This document shows positions 44,088 through 53,022 of a DNA stretch of 64,000 bases, in pieces (the first letter of the stretch is position 1; every line of letters begins with the position of its first letter). The stretch is from IMG/VR virus record IMGVR_UViG_3300009431_000004. One strand, 5' to 3'. A program made the position numbers and the translations under genes. A model generated the notes under the pieces. That model was not told where the DNA came from and made no database searches. It worked only from the letters and a program-made list of their open reading frames with translations. Source of the stretch: a virus.

Positions 44088-47000
44088 CTACGTGGTCACT
44101 GGCGGGGTCGGCAATGCCGCCTTCTCGCTCTCCCGGATGATTTGGATTCCCGAAATGCCCCGCACATTGTACGGACTGATACCGGGGCCGGTTGTCCCGG
44201 TCCAAGCGGGGTCGATGCGCTCGTGCCAGAAGTCGAAGTTCGTGGACTGCGAGGTAGCCCCGTCCTTCATGATGACCTTCACCAGAATCGGGACCGTTCC
44301 GTCGGCACTGGCTTGAAGGGTCGCCGCAGGTCCGACGTTCGCCCGGACCTGACAGTAGACTTGACCCGTGTGTTGGTCGTAGTAGTCGTAGGTGTACTCG
44401 CCCAACACCCTGCATCCCGCGCCGTCTCGCACCGGGTCTTGCTTGCTCGGGCCGCCGCCATCGTTGCGCCCGAGGTCCATCCACGTCGTCAGCCCCGGCA
44501 CCTTGACCATGATGGCGATGCCGTGAGTTGGATGGCCCGGACCCGGAGCTGCGTAGCCGAACTCGTTGTACTTCAGGCCGTCGATGCGGAAGGTCACGAG
44601 GGCGGACCCCACCACGTCCTCGTCTTCAGTGGCGTTCGAGAAGGCCACGTCGAAGCAGCGGACGTATTCCTTGTCCCCGGTCGTGGTGGAGTAATCCGAT
44701 TGCGTGATGCCCTCACCGGCACCGGGCGCGTACCCGGCGGTGTAGTCCTCCTTGGGGTACATCAGGCGGCCAGCCGAGGGGGCCGCGTAGATAGCCCAGT
44801 CGGAAAGCGGCGGATTCCTGTCGGGCATCCCCGCCACTTGAAGCTCGTCAAAGGTGTCCAGCACATCAACGGTTTCATGACGGTCCAGTTGCACCCACGA
44901 AGCCGTGTCCCATGGGGCAACCACGGTATGCCCGGCCCGCACGGGGACCTCGATGAGGCCCGCAGCCCAAGCCGCCATGCCCGGTCCACGGAGCTGGTCG
45001 CCACCTGCGGCGGCGTTTACCCCGGCGAAGTCCCTCGTGTAGCGGTACACCTCGTCGAGGAATCTCTCCTCTGTGTCCTTGCCCGCCGTCGCCAGCGAAG
45101 CGTAGGCCGGAGACACAGCGCCCGTGGTGAAGTTACCGTAAGGAGCCGTTCCACCACCTGCGGTGGTGAAAGCGGTCGAGTGGAACAGAACCTCGCGTCC
45201 GTCGGTGGCGTCGAGCGCCTGCCCCGCCCCCGCTCCGCCTGCGGCCCAAGTGGGCTGGACCGTCTCCTGCCACGTCGCATGGGCCAGAGGGCGGCGCACG
45301 AAGGCACGGGGCCGTGCATTGATGGTGAAGGCCGGGTAGCCGTCGTCCCCGTCCGGGACGATGGTTTCCCCACCTGCGAGCTGGATGGTCAGGTTGTCCC
45401 CGAACAGCGGCCCGACGACTTCGCTGAAAGCTCCCAGATGCGTGTAGGGGAACTCAATGCGCTGGGGTCGCACACCTCGGGCGTCCGTGAAGCCGGGCGT
45501 CACCGTCATGGTGGGGACTCCGGCCACGTCGTCGTAAGAGAAATGACCGAGGTACAGGAGTGCCGGGTCCGGGCTGCTCACCTGCGCGGGTGGCACGTCC
45601 CCCGTGGACATGGGGTTGTCGTCCGTCCTGTAAACCTCGGTCCATGGGTCTGCTACCCCGCCACCTGTCACAACAGCAGTCAGGGTGTCGATACTGAAGG
45701 CGGGGGCAGCGGTGACAGCATCGTTCGGGATGAAGTAAGTCACGCCGGAGCAGGCCATGAACTCGCCGCCCGTCCCCGCGTCTGCCCACATCCATGTGTG
45801 GGTCGTGAAAACGATGTCGTCCTGATGGTCCTCGTCGGCCACGTAGATGGACGACCTGTTCAGGAAGTACCCGAGAGACTTGTAGCCGTACTGGGGAGCC
45901 ATGTGGGGGTTGACCCCGGTGCCGTCGTCCTCGTTGACGAGGTTCCCGTAGTCCTCGATGGCACCCGCGTTCGGGTAGGCCCCGTACAGTTCGTATCCGT
46001 CGGTCGCGTCCCACGGCATGATGCCGTCACGGACGAACTTCTCGAAGTCCTCTTCCTGCTTGAAGTGGAAGAACCAGTAGGTCCCCTTGGCCCCCTTGGT
46101 GTCCGAGTCCAGCACGTAGAACGAGTGCCGGTACTTGGCCAGTTGCCAGAGCCATGCGTCCTGAAGGAAGGGCATGTTGAAGGGTGCTTCGTCCACCCCT
46201 TCCTGAACTGTCCCTCCTGCGTCTGCCGGACCTTCGACGTTGATGTCCGTCCCCCATGTGTAGCCGCCTGCATTTCGCAGCACCCAGACTCCGGGTTCGA
46301 TTTCTTCCACCATGGAGTCATCGCCGTTATCGAACGGCTCCTCTACGAAGAAGTACCGGGCCGTCTCCTTGGTCGTCAGGGGGTCGATGCCCCTCGGGGT
46401 GAACCGGATGCCGGTCCGCCGGGAGTAAGAGGCCATGACCGGGAGCCGGTACGAGAAGAAGTTGCTCGTTTCGAGGAAGGTCAACCCGATGGCGTAAACG
46501 CCGTCCACCATGCCAGCGTGGATGGTGTAGTCCTCGTAGGCGTTCGGCCCTGCCCCCAGAATCGGGATGCCGTAGGGCAGCTTGGGGGGTTCCCCACAGA
46601 TGGCTTCTGCCACGGTCCCCAGCCGGACTTGGCCCGGTGCCGGGATTTCCGAGTTGGGGTGGCGGGGAGCGCCCACGTTGCCGTCGCCGTCAAAGTCGTT
46701 CCACGGAGGAGGGAGTTGCTCCGGCGCGATAGTGGAGACTCCCGTGAAGATTTCATCGAGGTTGTACTGACCCGTTGCCTGACCGGGATAGGCCATGGGG
46801 TCGTAGTTGCCGTTCTCGTCCGTCCCTACCGCGAAAATACCTCCGGGGTCGCCGTCACAGACGAGGGGAGCGCCGATGGACTCATCCCAGCGAATACAGT
46901 CACCACCCGTGATGCCTTGGCCCAGCAGGATGGCGGCCACCACGCGGTCCAGCAGGTCCTCTGCGAGAAAGTCCGCCACGTCGCCATTGTGAGGCCAGCG

Positions 47001-47816
47001 GATGAGGGCCAGCACACCCCGGTCCGCCGGGAAGATGTTGCCAACCATGCAGGCGGGGAAGTGGTCCGGTCCCGGTCCGACGCTGCCCGGAGGCTGAAGA
47101 GGGAGCGCCGCAGTCGTCCGCCGCACAGCGTCGCCTACATCGGTGAAAGCTCCGGCGTAGGCTTCGCCTTGGCCTCCACCCCGAACCGTGCTGACATTCC
47201 AGACTTCGAGGTCCCTGCTCTCAAGGCTGCCGCCTCGCAAGTCCTCCCCGGCAGCCGGTTCGGTATCCAGAGTGTCGTACTCCGGCTCCTCTTGCCAGAT
47301 GCCGTTGAAGTTGAGAGTCGGGGCAGTCGCCGCGAAGAAGTAGGGGTACACATCGTCCGGGTTGTTCATGGCGGGAGGGTACTCGTAGGGGTCCTCCGAA
47401 ACTCCGGGGACCAAGTTACGCTCTACGAGGTTCGAGTCCCCCAAGTCCAGCATCCCCCAGACTGGGACGGTACTCCACAGCCGGTCAAGCCGCAGGATGC
47501 CGTTCATGGTCGGCTGAGGAGGCATCCCCGAGGTCAGCCCGTCAAGGCTCTGCTCCACGTTCCGGGAGCCGAGCAGGAGGTCCGGGAAAGGAGAGACACT
47601 GATGGCCGAGGCCGGGTGAGCGCCCGACGGGTCGTGGATGTGAGCGTCCAGTCCGGCCAGCCCACCGGCCCCGCCTTCGGGCTTGGGGCCGTCGTACTCG
47701 GGATACCCGATGGTCGGGCTGCCGGGGACTACGCCACCGAGGCTGTAAGGGCTTTCTGCCGGGACCGTCTTACCGGAGCCGGTTCTGATGCTACCGGGGT
47801 CTACCTTACGAGGCAT
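44088..47816 (-). CDS. large virion structural protein
   Basis: 1242 aa; LDAHIHDPSGAHPASAIS His motif typical of phage tail/fibre proteins. Confidence 0.75.
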   Translation of the reverse strand: MPRKVDPGSIRTGSGKTVPAESPYSLGGVVPGSPTIGYPEYDGPKPEGGAGGLAGLDAHIHDPSGAHPASAISVSPFPDLLLGSRNVEQSLDGLTSGMPPQPTMNGILRLDRLWSTVPVWGMLDLGDSNLVERNLVPGVSEDPYEYPPAMNNPDDVYPYFFAATAPTLNFNGIWQEEPEYDTLDTEPAAGEDLRGGSLESRDLEVWNVSTVRGGGQGEAYAGAFTDVGDAVRRTTAALPLQPPGSVGPGPDHFPACMVGNIFPADRGVLALIRWPHNGDVADFLAEDLLDRVVAAILLGQGITGGDCIRWDESIGAPLVCDGDPGGIFAVGTDENGNYDPMAYPGQATGQYNLDEIFTGVSTIAPEQLPPPWNDFDGDGNVGAPRHPNSEIPAPGQVRLGTVAEAICGEPPKLPYGIPILGAGPNAYEDYTIHAGMVDGVYAIGLTFLETSNFFSYRLPVMASYSRRTGIRFTPRGIDPLTTKETARYFFVEEPFDNGDDSMVEEIEPGVWVLRNAGGYTWGTDINVEGPADAGGTVQEGVDEAPFNMPFLQDAWLWQLAKYRHSFYVLDSDTKGAKGTYWFFHFKQEEDFEKFVRDGIMPWDATDGYELYGAYPNAGAIEDYGNLVNEDDGTGVNPHMAPQYGYKSLGYFLNRSSIYVADEDHQDDIVFTTHTWMWADAGTGGEFMACSGVTYFIPNDAVTAAPAFSIDTLTAVVTGGGVADPWTEVYRTDDNPMSTGDVPPAQVSSPDPALLYLGHFSYDDVAGVPTMTVTPGFTDARGVRPQRIEFPYTHLGAFSEVVGPLFGDNLTIQLAGGETIVPDGDDGYPAFTINARPRAFVRRPLAHATWQETVQPTWAAGGAGAGQALDATDGREVLFHSTAFTTAGGGTAPYGNFTTGAVSPAYASLATAGKDTEERFLDEVYRYTRDFAGVNAAAGGDQLRGPGMAAWAAGLIEVPVRAGHTVVAPWDTASWVQLDRHETVDVLDTFDELQVAGMPDRNPPLSDWAIYAAPSAGRLMYPKEDYTAGYAPGAGEGITQSDYSTTTGDKEYVRCFDVAFSNATEDEDVVGSALVTFRIDGLKYNEFGYAAPGPGHPTHGIAIMVKVPGLTTWMDLGRNDGGGPSKQDPVRDGAGCRVLGEYTYDYYDQHTGQVYCQVRANVGPAATLQASADGTVPILVKVIMKDGATSQSTNFDFWHERIDPAWTGTTGPGISPYNVRGISGIQIIRESEKAALPTPPVTT

Positions 47817-47827
47817 CTCAGTCTCCC

Positions 47828-50800
47828 TCAGTCACACTGTCTATCACCCACAACACACAGGAGGTTGCGGGTCCGGTACACGGCAGCGGCGGTCCGGTTG
47901 TCCGTGTCGGTGAACCGGACGTTGTTCTCGTCGTCCAGCTCTGCGTGACGGCTCAGAACGATGAGCAGCAGCTCGTTCTTGCGGAACAGCAACCCTCCCG
48001 TGATGCCGGGGAGGTCTTCCACGGCCCTTGCGAGGAACGGGAAGAACACCTTGTGCCTTGTTGACCCGAAGAGAGGCTGGGACATGATGGTCGGGCGGTA
48101 TGCCTCATCGTCCACGAACGGGTAGTAGGCACGGAACTCCGCGTCTTTCCTCGGCTTCTGCTCGTTGGTCGTCCCACCGATTGAAAGAACATCCTGCCCG
48201 TCCGCCTGCACGAATGGGTGCAACGCGAGCAGGCCGGTCTGTGCGTCAAAGTCGTCGATGGTGATGTCGGCGGTGGCACAGTAGAACCACTCCTGCGTGG
48301 TTCCTGCCACTTGGTCCACGATGTTCAGGGGAGAGCCGTCGTTGATGGCAATCTGGTCCAGCGGCCCGGTGTAGGGGTAGCCCATGTCCACGGACCCCAT
48401 ACCTACCTGCCCGGTCCAGAGGTTCGGGCTGCCGTAGAGGGGTTCGACCGGCAGGGTCGTCGGCAGCACACCGTCATCCGTCGTCCCGATGGCCCCTTCC
48501 TTCACGCCCGCCGTCTGCGGGACGTTCGAGCGGAAGTAGATGGAGAGCTGGTAGCCTCCGCCCATCGCCCCGTAGTTGGGGATGGCGTCCTGCGGGAAAT
48601 ACTGGACCCTCGTCAAGCACTGCTGCGCCGAGAGTGTCTGCGCGAGGACGAGCTTGCGTGTGCTGCACCCGTACTCGGTCAAGGTGTCGTCCACCGTGCG
48701 TCCCACTGCCGCTACGAGGTCCGTCACCACTGGGGGAGTGCCTTCGAGGCCATAGAGCCTTCGGGGCGGGAACAGCTCGGTCGTGGCCCGGCTGACGATG
48801 GTTTCATCCACCGGGACTCCGGGCTGCTGGCCTGCGGGGTTGTGGACCTGCGTGTTGTTCGGGACGTACTCCAACGCGACTTCACGGTAGCCTTCCCGGA
48901 ATTCCGGTGCGAGCAAGTCCTCGAAGTCGTTGGGGCGCTGGGCCGGGGCATCCTCGATGACCGGGCCGGGGCCAGCAGGCCCGACTCCCCCGTCGTAGAC
49001 CACAGAATCAGGAACGACCTCGTGGTCCGGGGTGTCCGTCGTGCCGTTGTCCCCGATGGGATAGGTCAGTTCGACCTCGACGAAGATACGGCGGTCGGAC
49101 CCGACATGAGGCCCGGCAGCCCGACCCACCATCTGGTAGTCCGGGTTGGCGGGGTCGCCCCCGTTCACCACCCGGTCGTTGAGGTCCAGCTCCATGTAGA
49201 GGTGCCGCGTGCCGAGTCCCTCGATGAGGAGCGGCTCGACCTGCTGGGGGACCGGGGTGCCGTAGTGGCCGTCGTCATGCCACACGGACAGCACGTCCGA
49301 GATGACCGTCCCCAACGGCGCGAAATGGGAGACGGCTGGGTCGGGAAGACCCACACCCGAGGTGCCTCCTCCGTCCTGACCCTGAAAGACTCCCCCGAGG
49401 GTCGTCGCGTCGAAGTGTTCGAGGTCGATGTGAAGGGCGTCCTCGAAGTACCACGAGTCAGCGGGGGAACCTCCGGCTTTCTCGACGTACTTCCCTGTGT
49501 TGACCGTGCCGGGAGCCACAACCGGGCCGACTTCGCGGTCGCCGGGATAGAAGGAGAACACCACCCGTTCACAGACACCCTGCGAGCCGAAGCGACGGCA
49601 GCAGTGGTCGAAGTTGCGGATGAACTCCCCACGTTCGGTATCCCCGGAGATGGGCGGAGCGCCGTCGGCTCCGCGCCCCACCTCGTTGCACACGAGATAG
49701 CGGGTCGAGACATCCCCGGAGTCGCCTCCCATGACCTGCTTCGAGGCGATGTCCACCTGCCACGTCCGCAGGCTGCCATCGAGGAGGGACTGCATCTGGT
49801 ACTGAAGCTGCCCGGCGAAGTCGTGGCCGGGGAAGGCGATGTGTCGCCGGAGGTCCAGCAGGTTGTTCTGGGTGATGACATCCGCGAACTCGCCGTCAGG
49901 CCGGTCCGACCTCCCCGCCGGGATGGGGCCGAGGGGTCCGTTATAGCCCGTGTGCTGGTAGAGCGGCGCTCCGTTGGTGTTGGCCAGCGGGTCAAAGCCC
50001 TTGAAGCCCAAGGGGGGACTCGAAACATCGTTGTGCCGGAACACGAAGCCCAGCGGGATGGCGTAGACGTAACCGTCCAGCGTCCCGAGGTCTGCCGTGG
50101 ACTGGTCGGAACCATCTCCGGCGACCCAGAGGCCAGTGTCTTCCAGCCCATAGGTCGCGGCAGAGGAGTTGCCCCAAACCGAAGCCTCGTCCGCCGGGAC
50201 GAAAGGATAGAAGCGCCCACCACCGACATTGGCTGCCGAAGCCGGGTTGGACCGGGCGGCCTGTGCGTACACGGTCGGGGTGCTGGGCGGCCCCAGATTC
50301 AGGTTCGAGAACCCGTCGGGATGCTTCTTGTAGTTGACGGCCTCGTCGGTCCCCGTATGCCGGATGCGGTACTGGACCTGCACCCGCTGGGAGGACTCGG
50401 TGTTGACCACCGGGTCCATGAGGGTGTCCGGGAGAGCCGCGATGAGGGGGGAATCGACGTTGCCGTGACGGTAGATGTGAGTCTGGTCCGGCTTGTTGGG
50501 CCGGTCCTCGCCTCCCGTGAAAGTCGCGCCGGATGCGGCCAGAGAGCCAATAACCGCCGTGGCCACTGCGAGCGTAATGAGGTTGCCCGCCACTCCGGGG
50601 GTGACGGCCTCGATAGTCACGATGTCGGTGTTGGCCCGCGCCGCCACAAAGGTATGGAAGGAGTTGGCCGCGTCGTTGAGGGCGTCCGCGATGTTGACCG
50701 CCGTCGCGGACTCGCTGGCCCCGATGGCGAACTCATCCACACCCGGAACGCCGACCACTGCTGTCAGGACGACTCCGTTGATGGTGATGGTATCGCCAGC

Positions 50801-51439
50801 CGCGAGGTCGGCGTTCGACGCCACCTGCACGGCCCCGGTTGCTTTCACGCTTGGGGCGACGAGCGTGACCCAGACTTCGAGGAACAGAAAGTCCGTGCGC
50901 TTGATGGAGGCTTCGGTCCCGTCGTACAACCGGGGTGGGTCGAGGACGACAAGATTCCAGCCCGTCGTCCGGGTGTTGGTGTATTCCACGACCACGGGCC
51001 ATCCGGCCACCATGGCTTCCAGACGAGGGAGCAGAACTGCGTCGATGATGGTGCGGTCCGACAGGATATGGTCGCCACCGCCGATGGAGCCGGGGCCAAG
51101 CGAGCCGATGGAACCGACCGACCCTCCCCCGCCGCTGTCGTCCACCACCTCAACCGGCGCTGATTCCAATGTGTAGTCGCAATACACATCGTACCGGCTC
51201 TGGCCCCGGAGCCACCCAGACGGGGCTTGCCAGCGGCGCAGCAGATAGTTCTGCCACCACGCGGCATCCTGCCCGAGCTGAAGCTCAGAATCGAGGACCG
51301 GCTTGCCCGACTGCCAGACGACATCGGTGTAAGCCCTGTCCCCGGTTTTGAGGTTCCGGGACACAGTGTTCGGAGTGTAGCCGACGCTGGTAGCGTCGCC
51401 CAACTCGTCATAATTCCTGTCGCGGTCCTTTACAGCCAT
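47828..51439 (-). CDS. large virion protein, paralogue of 29513-35836
   Basis: VVWQSGKPVLDSELQ, RTDFLFLEVW, QRVQVQYRIR, DGYVYAIP, RPDGEFAD..LLDLRR. Confidence 0.8.
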   Translation of the reverse strand: MAVKDRDRNYDELGDATSVGYTPNTVSRNLKTGDRAYTDVVWQSGKPVLDSELQLGQDAAWWQNYLLRRWQAPSGWLRGQSRYDVYCDYTLESAPVEVVDDSGGGGSVGSIGSLGPGSIGGGDHILSDRTIIDAVLLPRLEAMVAGWPVVVEYTNTRTTGWNLVVLDPPRLYDGTEASIKRTDFLFLEVWVTLVAPSVKATGAVQVASNADLAAGDTITINGVVLTAVVGVPGVDEFAIGASESATAVNIADALNDAANSFHTFVAARANTDIVTIEAVTPGVAGNLITLAVATAVIGSLAASGATFTGGEDRPNKPDQTHIYRHGNVDSPLIAALPDTLMDPVVNTESSQRVQVQYRIRHTGTDEAVNYKKHPDGFSNLNLGPPSTPTVYAQAARSNPASAANVGGGRFYPFVPADEASVWGNSSAATYGLEDTGLWVAGDGSDQSTADLGTLDGYVYAIPLGFVFRHNDVSSPPLGFKGFDPLANTNGAPLYQHTGYNGPLGPIPAGRSDRPDGEFADVITQNNLLDLRRHIAFPGHDFAGQLQYQMQSLLDGSLRTWQVDIASKQVMGGDSGDVSTRYLVCNEVGRGADGAPPISGDTERGEFIRNFDHCCRRFGSQGVCERVVFSFYPGDREVGPVVAPGTVNTGKYVEKAGGSPADSWYFEDALHIDLEHFDATTLGGVFQGQDGGGTSGVGLPDPAVSHFAPLGTVISDVLSVWHDDGHYGTPVPQQVEPLLIEGLGTRHLYMELDLNDRVVNGGDPANPDYQMVGRAAGPHVGSDRRIFVEVELTYPIGDNGTTDTPDHEVVPDSVVYDGGVGPAGPGPVIEDAPAQRPNDFEDLLAPEFREGYREVALEYVPNNTQVHNPAGQQPGVPVDETIVSRATTELFPPRRLYGLEGTPPVVTDLVAAVGRTVDDTLTEYGCSTRKLVLAQTLSAQQCLTRVQYFPQDAIPNYGAMGGGYQLSIYFRSNVPQTAGVKEGAIGTTDDGVLPTTLPVEPLYGSPNLWTGQVGMGSVDMGYPYTGPLDQIAINDGSPLNIVDQVAGTTQEWFYCATADITIDDFDAQTGLLALHPFVQADGQDVLSIGGTTNEQKPRKDAEFRAYYPFVDDEAYRPTIMSQPLFGSTRHKVFFPFLARAVEDLPGITGGLLFRKNELLLIVLSRHAELDDENNVRFTDTDNRTAAAVYRTRNLLCVVGDRQCD

Positions 51440-51464
51440 GCGTCGCGTCCTCGTAGCCTTGCCG

Positions 51465-52289
51465 TCATGTGCGCCTCACGTCCGGGTCCACCCCTCTCCG
51501 CTCCCACTGGGGGATGAGCGGAGAATAGATGCCCTCCATGGCCCTCCACAGAGTGCTGTTCAGGCACACCGTGGAAACCTTGGTCCCGGTTTGGCCCTCG
51601 AATTGGGCCAGCCGAGTGGCCAGAGACTTCGGCAAGAAGCCTGTGCGCCTGCTCCATCCGACCACTTCCACCCATCCCGAGGGGACCAGTTCCCACAGCG
51701 GTCTGAGCAACCGAAACGACGGCACCCAGTCGAGTCCGACCACACTGGGGCGGTACTCGTATGGGACGCCCTCCCGAAGAAGGACTCGGGCGAAGTTCGC
51801 CTCCATCAAGGAACGGCAAGCGTGCGGTATGTCCGGTCGCCTGCCTCCTCTGGCACGCCCACCGTGCGTCCGGTAGCGTCTGGGGGAGAACCCGTCCGTC
51901 GATTCCCTCCGCACCTTGGTCTTTCCCGTACAACCCCGGCTGATGGCGTCCCGATGTTCATCCGTCAGGGACTTGCCCGTCCACGGGGCGGACAGCTTCA
52001 TTCTCTCCGACTGGGCCTTCCTCTCTTGGGCGGACCCCCACCGCTTGCTCGCGGCTGCGGCTTGCTTCCTCCGGCAATCCTGTGAACGGCTCCTGCTGGC
52101 CGGTGCATCCGTCAAGGCTCCGGGGAACCGAGCAAGGTAGTTGGCCGGAGAGATGTCGTGTGCGGCTCTCAGGTGCCTCCCAAGCTGCTTCCTCTCGGCC
52201 CCGCAGATGCGGCAGGACACCACGGACGGAGCCTGACCAACCACGTTACTGCCGATACCCTCTCGGGCGTTGGACGCGGAAGCCTGCAT
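51465..52289 (-). CDS. degenerate homing-endonuclease-like protein (Ros/MucR-like Zn finger + NUMOD3 + PD-(D/E)xK-like domain)
   Basis: CRICG..LGRHLRAAHDIS..Y..RFP; GKSLTDEHRDAIS; RSLMEANFAR..YEYRP..VPSF..VEVVGW. Confidence 0.7.
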   Translation of the reverse strand: MQASASNAREGIGSNVVGQAPSVVSCRICGAERKQLGRHLRAAHDISPANYLARFPGALTDAPASRSRSQDCRRKQAAAASKRWGSAQERKAQSERMKLSAPWTGKSLTDEHRDAISRGCTGKTKVRRESTDGFSPRRYRTHGGRARGGRRPDIPHACRSLMEANFARVLLREGVPYEYRPSVVGLDWVPSFRLLRPLWELVPSGWVEVVGWSRRTGFLPKSLATRLAQFEGQTGTKVSTVCLNSTLWRAMEGIYSPLIPQWERRGVDPDVRRT

Positions 52290-52963
52290 CAGAAGGTGAG
52301 CCTCCACGTTATGCTGAGGACAGCGGTTGACGGTTTCGTGATGACCGAGAAAGTCAGGTAGTTGGCCAGAATGTCGTGTCCGGTCACGTCGATGGTCGGG
52401 TCGTAGGTGGGAGTGGGGGTTCCCGGCCCGTTGTCGATGGGATTCCGGGTGGCCGGGGAGAGGGAGTAGGTGTTCATCAGGCCCATCTCATTGAGCGGCC
52501 CGACTGCTTCGCCTTCCCCGAAGGTGGTGGTGAAGTCCACGATGTTCGTGGGGTACGCCACGGCCACGCCATCGGCGTTGCGGAACTGCGTGGAGGAGAA
52601 CGCCTTGCGGCCAATCTCCACTACGAGGCGACGCTGCTCCCGCTGCGGGGCATCCGGGGAGAGCAGGTTGCCCGGCGCTCCGGTCCCGACCCCGAGCATG
52701 ATGAGGCCGTTGTTGCGGCCCGCCGTGGGCGTCTCGCTGTCCTTGAACAGCCGGGCAGCCAAGATGCCCGCATCGAGAGTGATGATGTTGTCCAGCTCGC
52801 GCTCGTCCAGCACTTCGCCGGTCCGGGCGTCAATCATCTCGATGAACAGTTGCCCCTTCTTGGGTCCGCAGAGGAAGCTCTCAGGGAACACCCCAAGGTC
52901 GAGACAGGCCGCCTGCATGGCATCCCCGCCCATCTTTACACGGTCACGGAAGACTTGGGACAT
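52289..52963 (-). CDS. tail-fibre/baseplate attachment-type structural protein
   Basis: NIIT..GVGTG..EIGRK..FTTTFGEGEAVGPLNEMGL..F.VITK..LSITWRLTF pattern common in myovirus tail modules. Confidence 0.7.
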   Translation of the reverse strand: MSQVFRDRVKMGGDAMQAACLDLGVFPESFLCGPKKGQLFIEMIDARTGEVLDERELDNIITLDAGILAARLFKDSETPTAGRNNGLIMLGVGTGAPGNLLSPDAPQREQRRLVVEIGRKAFSSTQFRNADGVAVAYPTNIVDFTTTFGEGEAVGPLNEMGLMNTYSLSPATRNPIDNGPGTPTPTYDPTIDVTGHDILANYLTFSVITKPSTAVLSITWRLTF

Positions 52964-53022
52964 ATCCCTCTCCAAATAAACCGCAGTTCCTACTTGTGCG
53001 CCGAGATAGGCGCTCTATTGAC

